This document shows, piece by piece, positions 41,545 through 51,010 of a DNA stretch of 64,000 bases. The position numbers were made by a program, and so were the translations under genes. The DNA is from an uncultured Chlamydiae bacterium (GTDB taxonomy: Bacteria; Chlamydiota; Chlamydiia; Chlamydiales; Parachlamydiaceae): positions 2,304,001 to 2,368,000 of the forward strand of contig CAVWGN010000001.1 of assembly GCA_963754655.1 (NCBI GenBank). The letters are read 5' to 3'. The notes beneath the pieces are model-generated. The model did not search any database, was not told where the DNA came from, and was given only the letters and a program-made list of their open reading frames with translations. Position 1 is the stretch's first letter; every line of letters starts with the position of its first letter.

Positions 41545-43461
41545 ATGAATATTGAAAGTTCGAGTCTTTCTTTATGTACAGGTGTGGGACACAAGCGAAA
41601 CTCCACTTGTATTCAACCCTTCCAACCTCCTCGTAAACGAATCAAACAAGAGATTAACCCTCAGACAATCTCCTCTACTTTTCCATTTTGGCAAGAATTA
41701 TCAAATTATCAGGATATTATTTTAAAAATTGGTTCTTATCTTAGAATTAAAGATTTACTCCATCTAGAAGCCACTCATCAAGCACAAAGCAATTACAATA
41801 AGGACTTTTGGACTCAAAAGAGAAAGGCTTCTGTATCTAATTGGGCCATGTGTGAAAAAGAGCCCCATCAAGATAAATGGGACGTCTGTTTAAATTCAGC
41901 ACTTAAACGCACTGTCAAAGAATTAGCAGCAAATTCCTTGCAGACTAATGTGCCTTTAGCTCAAAACATCTTTCTTTACTCTCAAGGACTTTTCAAAAGA
42001 TTTCCTTTATATGGATGTTATGTTGAAAGCGAAATAGCTAAATTAACTAATAGCTCCCCTAACATCTTAAACAGATTACAAACACAAAAAGATGAGATTT
42101 ACTATTTAGCTTTACAAAAAAAAGGAGGAGAATTAATTCTTCAAACTCTTTTTGAAATACACAATTATCTTCTTCAACCCAATGCACGATCCTATCACTT
42201 AATTAGCCAATATGCAACCGAGGCAATTAATCAAAAAGCTTATTGCATTAGTCTATTTGCTTTAAAACTATTCTATCAAAAAATTGCACATGCAAATTTA
42301 AATAATGATCAACGAAATCTATTAGAAGATTTAAGTCTACAGGCTGCTAAAAAAGGATATTTTTTGGCGTTAGATCTTTTGCTCTCTCACTATTCTCCGG
42401 CAGACGTCCAAAAGTTAATTGATCAAGGCTTGTGTTATGCTCCAGTGCTAGCCCACCAGGCTGTTCAGTTTTTCTCTACACAGCAATGGGGAAAAGCGGA
42501 CGCGCTTTTAGTGGAGGCCATCGCTAAATATGGGAATAAAGTTCCAGCTAATGTTTTAGATAATGCAGCTTACATTAAAACGCACTTGAAGCAATATTCT
42601 GAAGCAGATGCACTTTATGCCCAAGCAATTGTCAAGTATGGGCCTCAAGTTCCAGCTTATATTCTAGACAATGCCGCTTTCGTTAAAATAGAATTGAAGC
42701 AATATTCTGAAGCAGATGCTCTCTATTCCCAAGCTATTGCCAAGTATGAACCTCAAGTTCCAGCTCTTGTTCTAGATCCGGCAGCTTACATTAAAATGCA
42801 ATTGAAGCAATATTCTGAAGCAGATGCTCTCTATGCCCAAGCAATTGTCAAGTATGGGCCTCAAGTTCCAGCTTATGTTCTAAAATATTCCGCTTTCGTT
42901 AAAAAAAAATTGAAGCAATATTTTGAAGCAGATGCACTTTATGCCCAAGCAATTGCCAAGTATGAACCTCAAGTTCCAGCTGAGGTTTTAGATAATGCAG
43001 CTTACATTAAAATGCAATTGAAGCAATATTCTCAAGCAGATGCTCTCTATGCCCAAGCAATTGTCAAGTGTGGGCCTCAAGTTCCAGCTTATATTCTAGG
43101 CAATGCTGCTTTCGTTAAAAAAGAATTGAAGCAATATTCTGAAGCAGATGCTCTCTATGCCCAAACTATTGCCAAGCTTGAACCGCAAGTTCCAGCTAAT
43201 GTTCTAGCCAATTCTGCTTTCGTTAAAAAAGAATTGAAGCAATACCCTGAAGCAGATGATCTCTATGCCCGAGCAATTGCCAAGGATGGAGACCAAATTA
43301 CAGCTTATGCTCTAGCCGATTCCGCTTTCGTTAAAAAAGAATTGAAGCAATACCCTGAAGCGGATGCACTTTATGCTCAAGCAATTGCCAAGCTTGGACC
43401 GCAAGTTCCAGCTGATGTTTTAGAGGCTGCAGCTCAAGTTAAACTTCAATTAAAAGAATAA
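41545..43461 (+). CDS. Array paralog 7, 8 repeats
   Basis: Same architecture. Confidence 0.9.
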   Translation: MNIESSSLSLCTGVGHKRNSTCIQPFQPPRKRIKQEINPQTISSTFPFWQELSNYQDIILKIGSYLRIKDLLHLEATHQAQSNYNKDFWTQKRKASVSNWAMCEKEPHQDKWDVCLNSALKRTVKELAANSLQTNVPLAQNIFLYSQGLFKRFPLYGCYVESEIAKLTNSSPNILNRLQTQKDEIYYLALQKKGGELILQTLFEIHNYLLQPNARSYHLISQYATEAINQKAYCISLFALKLFYQKIAHANLNNDQRNLLEDLSLQAAKKGYFLALDLLLSHYSPADVQKLIDQGLCYAPVLAHQAVQFFSTQQWGKADALLVEAIAKYGNKVPANVLDNAAYIKTHLKQYSEADALYAQAIVKYGPQVPAYILDNAAFVKIELKQYSEADALYSQAIAKYEPQVPALVLDPAAYIKMQLKQYSEADALYAQAIVKYGPQVPAYVLKYSAFVKKKLKQYFEADALYAQAIAKYEPQVPAEVLDNAAYIKMQLKQYSQADALYAQAIVKCGPQVPAYILGNAAFVKKELKQYSEADALYAQTIAKLEPQVPANVLANSAFVKKELKQYPEADDLYARAIAKDGDQITAYALADSAFVKKELKQYPEADALYAQAIAKLGPQVPADVLEAAAQVKLQLKE

Positions 43462-43570
43462 ACGCAAGGGATCATCTTGTAATATGAGGGCCCTTTAGAG
43501 GCCATACGCATCAAGCTAAGAGATAAGCTGAGGCTAAGCCGACGATTCAGTCGGCACGGTGCTTCGCTCT

Positions 43571-43710
43571 GGGCTGGGATGAGAAAACAAAAAAAATATT
43601 TAACAACTAATTATTAGAACTCTTCTCCTTCTATTTTAAATTCACTTGGCTTTTTAAAAGACGTGCTTATAATTGATTGCTCAAAATCAAATGAGACACA
43701 AAATGTATTT
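43571..43710 (+). mobile_element. Left-end remnant of the 36153-38030 element
   Basis: gggctgggatgagaaaac...atgagacacaaaatg matches ~36153-36290, including the ORF A start. Confidence 0.8.
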
Positions 43711-43997
43711 TAAAATGTTCTAGATCAAAAAATTTTGATTTGTTATACTATTCTTTATCTTTTATACTTTTGAGATTTATTTTTATCTCTCTTACAAAAC
43801 TGAGAAAGATATGAAATCCAAAATGAAATGGTTATTAAGAAATTTTAATCAAAAGCCCCCTTCCATCTTTCAAGTTTGGACTTAAACCAGTCTCAATAAG
43901 CACGTACTCGTGTAAACAAGTATTGAATATATTAATTAAAAACAAAGATAGTTATAATAGCTAAAAGATATTTATAATAAATTAAAGGTAAATCATA

Positions 43998-45698
43998 ATG
44001 AATATTCAAAGTTCGAGTCTTTCCTTATGTACAGGTGTGGGACACAAGCGAAACTCCACTTGTATTCAACCCTTCCAACCTCCTCGTAAACGAATCAAAC
44101 AAGAGATTAAGCCTCAGACAATCTCCTCTACTTTTCCATTTTGGCAAGAATTATCAAATTATCGGGATATTATTTTAAAAATTGGTTCTTATCTTAGAAT
44201 TAAAGATTTACTCCATCTAGAAGCCACTCATCAAGCACAAAGCAATTATACTAAGGACTTTTGGATTCAAAAGAAAAAGAATTCTGTACCCAATTGGGCC
44301 ATGTGTGAAAAAGAGCCTCATCAAGATAAATGGGACGTCTGTTTAAATTCAGCACTTAAACGCTCTGTCAAAGAATTAGCAGCAAATTCCGCAGGGGTTA
44401 ATGTGTCATTAGCTCAAAATATCTTTCTTTACTCTCAAGGACTTTTCAAAAGATTTCCCTTGTATGGATGTTATGTTAAAAGCGAAATAGCTAAATTAGC
44501 TAGTAGCTCCCCTAATATCTTAAATGAATTAAAATCACAAAAAGATGAAATTTACCAGTTAGCTTTACAAAAAAAGGGAGGAGAATTAATTCTTCAAACT
44601 CTTTTTGAAATCCACAATTATCTTTCTCAACCCAATGCACGATCTTATTATTTAATTAGCCAATATGCAACTGAGGCAATTAATCAAAAAGCTTATTGCA
44701 TTAGTCTATTTGCTTTAAAACTATTCTATCAAAAAATTGCACACGCAAATTTAAATAATGATCAACGAAATCTATTAGAAGATTTAAGTCTACAGGCTGC
44801 TAAAAAAGGATATTTTTTGGCGTTAGATCTTTTGCTCTCTCACTATTCTCCGGCAGACGTCCAAAAGTTAATTGATCAAGGCTTGTGTTATGCTCCAGTG
44901 CTAGCCAAGCAGGCTGTTCAGTTTTTCTCTACACAGCAATGGGGACAAGCTGACGCGCTTTTAGTGGAGGCCATCGCTAAATATGGGAATAAAGTTCCAG
45001 CTGAGGTTTTAGATAATGCAGCTTACATTAAAACGCACTTGAAGCAATATTCTGAAGCAGATGCTCTCTATGCCCAAGCAATTGTCAAGTATGGGCCTCA
45101 AGTTCCAGCTCTTGTTCTAGGCAATGCCGCTTTCGTTAAAATAGAATTGAAGCAATACCCTGAAGTAGATGCTCTCTGTGCCCAAGCAATTGCCAAGTAT
45201 GGGCCTCAAGTTCCAGCTTATATTCTAGACAATGCCGCTTTCGTTAAAAAAGAATTGAAGCAATATTTTGAAGCAGATGCTCTCTATGCCCAAGCTATTG
45301 CCAAGTATGAACCTCAAGTTCCAGCTAATGTTCTAGCCAATTCCGCTTTCGTTAAAAAAGAATTGAAGCAATACCCTGAAGCAGATGCTCTCTGTGCCCA
45401 AGCAATTGCCAAGTATGGGGAACAAGTTCCAGCTTCTGTTCTATGCAATTCCGCTTTCGTTAAAAAAGAATTGAAGCAATACTCTGAAGCAGATGCTCTC
45501 TGTGCCCAAGCAATTGCCAAGTATGGGGAACAAGTTCCAGCTTACGTTCTAACCCATTATGCTTTCGTTAAAAAAGAATTGAAGCAATACCCTGAAGCAG
45601 ATGCACTTTATGCCCAAGCAATCGCCAAGTATGGGCATCAAGTTCCAGCTGATGTTTTAGAGGCTTCAGCTCAAGTTAAACTTCAATTAAAAGAATAA
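43998..45698 (+). CDS. Array paralog 8, 6 repeats
   Basis: 566 = 334 + 6x36 + 16. Confidence 0.9.
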   Translation: MNIQSSSLSLCTGVGHKRNSTCIQPFQPPRKRIKQEIKPQTISSTFPFWQELSNYRDIILKIGSYLRIKDLLHLEATHQAQSNYTKDFWIQKKKNSVPNWAMCEKEPHQDKWDVCLNSALKRSVKELAANSAGVNVSLAQNIFLYSQGLFKRFPLYGCYVKSEIAKLASSSPNILNELKSQKDEIYQLALQKKGGELILQTLFEIHNYLSQPNARSYYLISQYATEAINQKAYCISLFALKLFYQKIAHANLNNDQRNLLEDLSLQAAKKGYFLALDLLLSHYSPADVQKLIDQGLCYAPVLAKQAVQFFSTQQWGQADALLVEAIAKYGNKVPAEVLDNAAYIKTHLKQYSEADALYAQAIVKYGPQVPALVLGNAAFVKIELKQYPEVDALCAQAIAKYGPQVPAYILDNAAFVKKELKQYFEADALYAQAIAKYEPQVPANVLANSAFVKKELKQYPEADALCAQAIAKYGEQVPASVLCNSAFVKKELKQYSEADALCAQAIAKYGEQVPAYVLTHYAFVKKELKQYPEADALYAQAIAKYGHQVPADVLEASAQVKLQLKE

Positions 45699-45977
45699 CC
45701 CACAGAAGATCATCTTGTAATATGACAACCCTTTAGGCCTTAGGCCATACCATTAACAAGCTAAGAGATGGGCTTAGACTACGCGGCGACTGAAGCGTCG
45801 TGTAGCCTAAACTGAAATTCAAAATGAAGTAGTTATTAAGAAATTTTAATCAAAAGCCCCTGGCATCTTTCAAGTTGGGACTTAAACCAGTCTCAATAAG
45901 CACGTACTCGTGTAAACAAGTATTGAATATATTAATTAAAAACAAAGATAGTTATAATAAATTAAAGGTAAATCATA

Positions 45978-47354
45978 ATGAATATTGAAAGTTCGAGTCT
46001 TTCCTTATGTACAGGTGTGGGACACAAGCGAAACTCCACTTGTATTCAACCCTTCCAACCTCCTCGTAAACGAATCAAACAAGAGATTAAGCCTCAGACA
46101 ATCTCCTCTACTTTTCCATTTTGGCAAGAATTATCAAATTATCGGGATATTATTTTAAAAATTGGTTCTTATCTTAGAATTAAAGATTTACTCCATCTAG
46201 AAGCCACTCATCAAGTACAAAGCAATTATACTAAGGACTTTTGGATTCAAAAGAAAAAGAATTCTGTACCCAATTGGGCCATGTGTGAAAAAGAGCCCCA
46301 TCAAGATAAATGGGACGTCTGTTTAAATTCAGCACTTAAACGCTCTGTCAAAGAATTAGCAGCAAATTCATTGCAGACTAATGTGCCCTTAGCTCAAAAT
46401 ATCTTTCTTTACTCTCAAGGACTTTTCAAAAGATTTCCTTTGTATGGATGTTATGTTGAAAGCGAAATAGCTAAATTAGCTAGTAGCTCCCCTAATATCT
46501 TAAATGAATTACAATCACAAAAAAATGAGATTTACCATTTAGCTTTACAAAAAAAAGGAGGAGAATTAATTCTTCAAACTCTTTTTGAAATACACAATTA
46601 TCTTTCTCAACCCAATGCACGATCTTATTATTTAATTAGCCAATACGCCACTGAGGCAATTAATCAAAAAGCTTATTGCATTAGCCTATTTGCTTTAAAA
46701 CTATTCTATCAAAAAGCTTCACACGCAGATTTAAATACTGAGCAACAAAATCTATTAGAGGATTTGAGTCTACAGGCTGCTAAAAAAGGATATTTTTTGG
46801 CTTTAGATCTTTTGCTCTCTCACTATTCTCCAGCAGACGTCCAAAAGTTAATTGATCAAGGCTTGTGTTATGCTCCAGTGCTAGCCAAGCATGCTCTTTC
46901 ATTTTTCTCTACACAGCAATGGGGAAAAGCGGACGCGCTTTTAGTGGAGGCCATCGCTAAATATGGGAATAAAGTTCCAGCTCGTGTTCTAGACACTGCC
47001 GCTCACATTAAAATAGAATTGAAGCAATATTCTGAAGCAGATGCTCTCTATGCTAAAGCAATTGCCGAGTATGGGGACCTAGTTCCAGCTACGACTCTAG
47101 AAAATTACACTTTCGTTAAAGGAGAATTGAAGCAATACCCTGAAGCAGATGCTCTCTGTACCCAAGCAATTGCCCAGTATGGGGACCACGTTACAACTAG
47201 TGCTTTAAACAATGCTGCTTTCGTTAAAAAAGAATTGAAGCAATATTGTGAAGCAGATGCTCTCTATACCCAAGCAATTGCCAAGTATGGGAACCGAGTT
47301 CCAGCTGATGTTTTAGAGGCTGCAGCTCAAGTTAAACTTCAATTAAAAGAATAA
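45978..47354 (+). CDS. Array paralog 9, 3 (more divergent) repeats
   Basis: 458 = 334 + 3x36 + 16; abuts folP. Confidence 0.88.
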   Translation: MNIESSSLSLCTGVGHKRNSTCIQPFQPPRKRIKQEIKPQTISSTFPFWQELSNYRDIILKIGSYLRIKDLLHLEATHQVQSNYTKDFWIQKKKNSVPNWAMCEKEPHQDKWDVCLNSALKRSVKELAANSLQTNVPLAQNIFLYSQGLFKRFPLYGCYVESEIAKLASSSPNILNELQSQKNEIYHLALQKKGGELILQTLFEIHNYLSQPNARSYYLISQYATEAINQKAYCISLFALKLFYQKASHADLNTEQQNLLEDLSLQAAKKGYFLALDLLLSHYSPADVQKLIDQGLCYAPVLAKHALSFFSTQQWGKADALLVEAIAKYGNKVPARVLDTAAHIKIELKQYSEADALYAKAIAEYGDLVPATTLENYTFVKGELKQYPEADALCTQAIAQYGDHVTTSALNNAAFVKKELKQYCEADALYTQAIAKYGNRVPADVLEAAAQVKLQLKE

Positions 47355-47377
47355 TCTGTAGGAGATCATCTTGTAAA

Positions 47378-48175
47378 ATGGCACATACTCAATTAATGGG
47401 AATCCTCAATGTAACGCCAGATTCTTGTTTCGATCAAGGCCGTTGGTTTGATCATTCGATTGCCATCCAACGCGGAATTCAAATTTGCAGTGAAGGAGCA
47501 GATTGGCTGGATATTGGGGGTGAATCCACACGTCCAAGAGCCGAGCCTGTTTCGGAAACAGAAGAATTACGCAGAGTCATTCCCGTTATCAAAGCATTGA
47601 AACAAAAGATTTCTATTCCTATTTCTATTGATACCCTAAAGGCCAAAGTGGCAGAAGCTGCCATTGAAGCTGGAGCTTCATTGATCAATGATGTCTCTGG
47701 ATTTCGCGATCCAGCCATGCGCCAAGTTGCTGCAAATTCGCAACTTCCCATTTGCGTCATGCATATGCATGAAAATCCCGCTACCATGCAAAATCATCCG
47801 CATTATTCACAAGGAGTGATTCCCTTTTTACTAGATTGGTTTAAAAAACGCATTGACCTTTTATTAGCCAATGGAATTAAAGAAAAAAACATTATTTTAG
47901 ATCCAGGAATTGGATTTGGAAAAACGGTTGCCGATAATGTTGAAATTGTACACAATTTGCACAAAATTAAGGCTCTGGGTTTTCCTATTCTAATGGGGCT
48001 ATCGCGCAAATCTTTTTTGGGAAAGATCATTAATAAAAGCTATCCTGATCTACTTCCCGTTTCCCTAGCCGTTAATACGCTAGCTATTCTAGCTCATGTA
48101 GAGATGATTCGCGTGCATGATATTTCTGAACATCGCGATGTCATTGATTTAATGGCTTACTTAGAAAAAAAATGA
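47378..48175 (+). CDS. folP: Dihydropteroate synthase
   Basis: MGILNVTPDS, DIGGESTRP, ISIDT, INDVSG, LDPGIGFGK, GLSRKS, RVHD. Confidence 0.96.
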   Translation: MAHTQLMGILNVTPDSCFDQGRWFDHSIAIQRGIQICSEGADWLDIGGESTRPRAEPVSETEELRRVIPVIKALKQKISIPISIDTLKAKVAEAAIEAGASLINDVSGFRDPAMRQVAANSQLPICVMHMHENPATMQNHPHYSQGVIPFLLDWFKKRIDLLLANGIKEKNIILDPGIGFGKTVADNVEIVHNLHKIKALGFPILMGLSRKSFLGKIINKSYPDLLPVSLAVNTLAILAHVEMIRVHDISEHRDVIDLMAYLEKK

Positions 48176-48188
48176 AGACCTAAGCATC

Positions 48189-48995
48189 ATGATGTGGCTC
48201 TTTCAATTAATGGTTCCAGGGATTGAAATTCTGAGTATTGCTATTGTACTCTATTATTTGCTTTCATTCTTTTGGAATACACGGGCAATGGATTTGCTTT
48301 ATGGGAGCCTAGCCTTTTTGGGCTTTTTTGCGTTGTCGAAATGGTTAAATCTTCCTGTTCTTGAAAAACTCATGCTATATGTCGTCAATGTCGCTGTTTT
48401 GGCTTTGCTAATCATCTTTCAACCAGAATTACGCCTCGCTTTATCTAAGCTCAGCTTAAAAAGCAAAAAATATCGGGAAATCACAGAATTTGATAAGTTT
48501 CTTGAAAGCATTTCGCAATCGATTTATCGCCTTTCCGAAAGACGCATTGGGGCTTTGGTTGTTTTAGAGAACCAAGATTCTTTAGAAGATCTTGCCAATA
48601 AGGCTGTTGTCGTCAATGCTCAATTTTCGCCAGAGTTATTGGAATCTATTTTTATTACAACGACACCCTTACATGATGGAGCAGTCATCATTCGCGGAAC
48701 AACAATCTTATCCGCAGCAACAATTCTTCCTTTAGCAGACGATAGTACTCATTTATCTAAATCAATGGGAACGCGCCACCGAGCGGGATTAGGAATCAGC
48801 CAGCTAACTGATGCACTTGTCATTGTTGTCTCGGAGGAAACAGGTAAAGTCTCAATTGCACGCGATGGCATCATGACGCGTGGCGTAAAAGTCGATCGTT
48901 TCAAAGGCATTATTCGAAGTGTATTCAGCCCCCCTAAAACAGCCATCCCCGCTAGCTTAAACATTTGGGAACAACTGAAATTATGGAATCGCTAA
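48189..48995 (+). CDS. dacA: Diadenylate cyclase CdaA/DacA
   Basis: Three TM segments, IFQPELR, PLHDGAVII, GTRHRAGLG, VSEETG. Confidence 0.95.
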   Translation: MMWLFQLMVPGIEILSIAIVLYYLLSFFWNTRAMDLLYGSLAFLGFFALSKWLNLPVLEKLMLYVVNVAVLALLIIFQPELRLALSKLSLKSKKYREITEFDKFLESISQSIYRLSERRIGALVVLENQDSLEDLANKAVVVNAQFSPELLESIFITTTPLHDGAVIIRGTTILSAATILPLADDSTHLSKSMGTRHRAGLGISQLTDALVIVVSEETGKVSIARDGIMTRGVKVDRFKGIIRSVFSPPKTAIPASLNIWEQLKLWNR

Positions 48996-50275
48996 TTAAT
49001 AAGCTATTTTTCCACCAGTGGCAACGCAAGCTTGTCGCTTTGTTAACTGCAACTGTGATTTGGTTCTTTGTCAATCATTCAATCATTTCTTCAAAAACGA
49101 TTCCCTCTGTTCCTATTCGGGTCATCAATCTTCCTACAGATAAAACTATCCAAGGATTATTGCCCAATGGCTTTCTGGGCAAACGGACAACTCTCACTCT
49201 TAGCGGAACAAAGGATGTGATCGATCAATTGGAACCTGGCGATGTCGAGATCATTTTAGATGTTTCCAATCTTCCTAGCGATAGCATTGTGCAAATTACT
49301 AAAAAAAACTTAGTGAGTCTAAATCCTAACATTAATTTACCTGCACATATCATCTCTATCAGTCATCCAGAATTTGTTATCAAAATGAGCCCTATTTTAA
49401 CTGAACAGATTCCCATTGTCATTCACTCTCCTAAAGGAGAAGCTCCTAAAGGCTATGAATTTCTTGATATCTGGCCAATTTATCTCACACAAACTGTGAG
49501 CGGCCCCCAAGAACAAGTGTTAAATCTTAAAAATCAAGGATTAGAGCTCACCTTTAATTTAAACGATATCACCAAGGAGCAGTTGGATGTTCTTCAATTC
49601 AATGGCTTATATGATGATGAAGTCAATTTTCATATTCCTGATCAATGGAAGAAAGTCAATATTCTTTTCTCTTCGCGAGGACCCGAACTTATCAATGATC
49701 CAGAAGCCAAAAATCTTCAAATGACTTTTCTGCGCCAGCAATTGATTCCCATTAAAAATGAATTACCTGTCCATGTCTTTTATCCCCTTAAAAATAACGC
49801 CACAATTAATCCTAATACTTATGGATTGGCTCCCTCTCCTTTTATTCAGTTTAAACATCATATTCCCGTTTTAACAGTTCCTTTATTCGCATCAAATGTC
49901 AGCAAACTTTTTTTAGAAATTGTAAAGGATAACATTGAAATTGATATTATTGCAGCTCCCCCAAATGAACGCGAATATCTAGAATGGGATACTGATTTTA
50001 TTGATGAGACTCATTTGGAAGACACATATGTCGCTTTCCTCATCAGCAATTCTAAAATCTCTGACACGCCTTATAATAAAAATCGCGATAGGGAAAAATA
50101 TTTTCGTCAACGCTTTCGCATTTATCTTCAGCGTTTTACTCTTTACTTGTCTCCTCAGTATAAATTAGTCCTGCAATCCCGATTAGAAGATGGCAAAATT
50201 GATGTGCATGTTCCTCACGCTTCTCTCATCAACCCCTCCCTATCCCTTATAGAGCACCCGTCAGATGCCCGCTGA
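48983..50275 (+). CDS. ybbR: YbbR/CdaR-like diadenylate cyclase regulator
   Basis: N-terminal TM (KLVALL.A..IWF.V), beta-rich extracytoplasmic region, directly after dacA; ATG at 48983 is the likely start. Confidence 0.75.
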   Translation: MESLINKLFFHQWQRKLVALLTATVIWFFVNHSIISSKTIPSVPIRVINLPTDKTIQGLLPNGFLGKRTTLTLSGTKDVIDQLEPGDVEIILDVSNLPSDSIVQITKKNLVSLNPNINLPAHIISISHPEFVIKMSPILTEQIPIVIHSPKGEAPKGYEFLDIWPIYLTQTVSGPQEQVLNLKNQGLELTFNLNDITKEQLDVLQFNGLYDDEVNFHIPDQWKKVNILFSSRGPELINDPEAKNLQMTFLRQQLIPIKNELPVHVFYPLKNNATINPNTYGLAPSPFIQFKHHIPVLTVPLFASNVSKLFLEIVKDNIEIDIIAAPPNEREYLEWDTDFIDETHLEDTYVAFLISNSKISDTPYNKNRDREKYFRQRFRIYLQRFTLYLSPQYKLVLQSRLEDGKIDVHVPHASLINPSLSLIEHPSDAR

Positions 50276-50993
50276 ACGCTATTACCTTGATCATATTTTT
50301 AAAGTCGCGGGACACCAGGAACTCAAAGGATCTGAATTTCATCATTTAGCTCATGTCATGCGAACTCGAAAAGGCGACTCTGTTGAGCTAGTGAATGGTA
50401 AAGGATCTTTGGCACAAGCCATCGTACAAGATCTGGCGAAAGATAAAGCCGTTCTCAAAATTGAGCAGCTCTATCAAGAGCCTGAGCCTCTTTGTCGTTT
50501 GATTCTATCCCAAGCTTTGTCTAAACCCCATCGTTTAGATTTTATTTTAGAAAAAGGAACTGAATTAGGGGTAAATCGCTTCTGGCTTTTCCCGGGGCAT
50601 CATAGTGCCAAAAAAGAATGTTATCCAAGTCAACTGGAAAGAGCTCAAATGGTGACCATTTCCGCCATGAAACAGTGTGGGCGGCTCTATCTTCCCACTC
50701 TCCATCTTCAGCCTGCTATTGATCAGTGGGAAAACTTAATCCATACCCCCACTTTTTTTGGAGATTTAGATCCCCATGCCCCTCTTTTTGAAACGGAATG
50801 GAAAAGGTTTAGTCATTCCTCTTACCCCCTTGTTTTTATCACTGGGCCTGAAGGAGGATTTAGCCAACAAGAAGTACAATGCCTAAAAAATCAGGGAGCT
50901 CAAGGTGTTAAATTGCATGACAATATTTTGCGTACTGATACAGCCTCTTTGATGGCATTAAGTTTGTTAAGCCATTGGCTGCTCTCAGCTTAA
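50265..50993 (+). CDS. rsmE: 16S rRNA m3U1498 methyltransferase
   Basis: HHLAHVMR, EKGTELGV, AMKQCGR, GPEGGFS, ILRTDTA. Confidence 0.93.
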   Translation: MPAERYYLDHIFKVAGHQELKGSEFHHLAHVMRTRKGDSVELVNGKGSLAQAIVQDLAKDKAVLKIEQLYQEPEPLCRLILSQALSKPHRLDFILEKGTELGVNRFWLFPGHHSAKKECYPSQLERAQMVTISAMKQCGRLYLPTLHLQPAIDQWENLIHTPTFFGDLDPHAPLFETEWKRFSHSSYPLVFITGPEGGFSQQEVQCLKNQGAQGVKLHDNILRTDTASLMALSLLSHWLLSA

Positions 50994-51010
50994 TTTTCTT
51001 ATCCCTACTT

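Noticed and set aside
29083..45520. Antisense repeat ORFs (29083-29352, 40643-40849, 45314-45520)
   Set aside because: Shadows of the coding repeats on the opposite strand
23095..47354. 108-bp repeats as a CRISPR array
   Set aside because: The repeats are contiguous, in-frame and protein-coding with no unique spacers; no cas genes are present
23095..47354. Diversity-generating retroelement: variable codons often look like NNC/NNT derivatives of AAC/AAT
   Set aside because: No reverse transcriptase or non-coding template repeat in the window. Many scaffold adenines are invariant and several variants (gca, gaa, ctg, cag, aag) change non-A positions. Selection plus recombination is sufficient.
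22093..47354. True TALE, PPR or Sel1 homology
   Set aside because: No LTPxQVVAIAS TALE consensus, not 35-aa PPR, and no Sel1 LG..Y..G.G motif. Spacing fits TPR, so the TALE comparison is architectural only.
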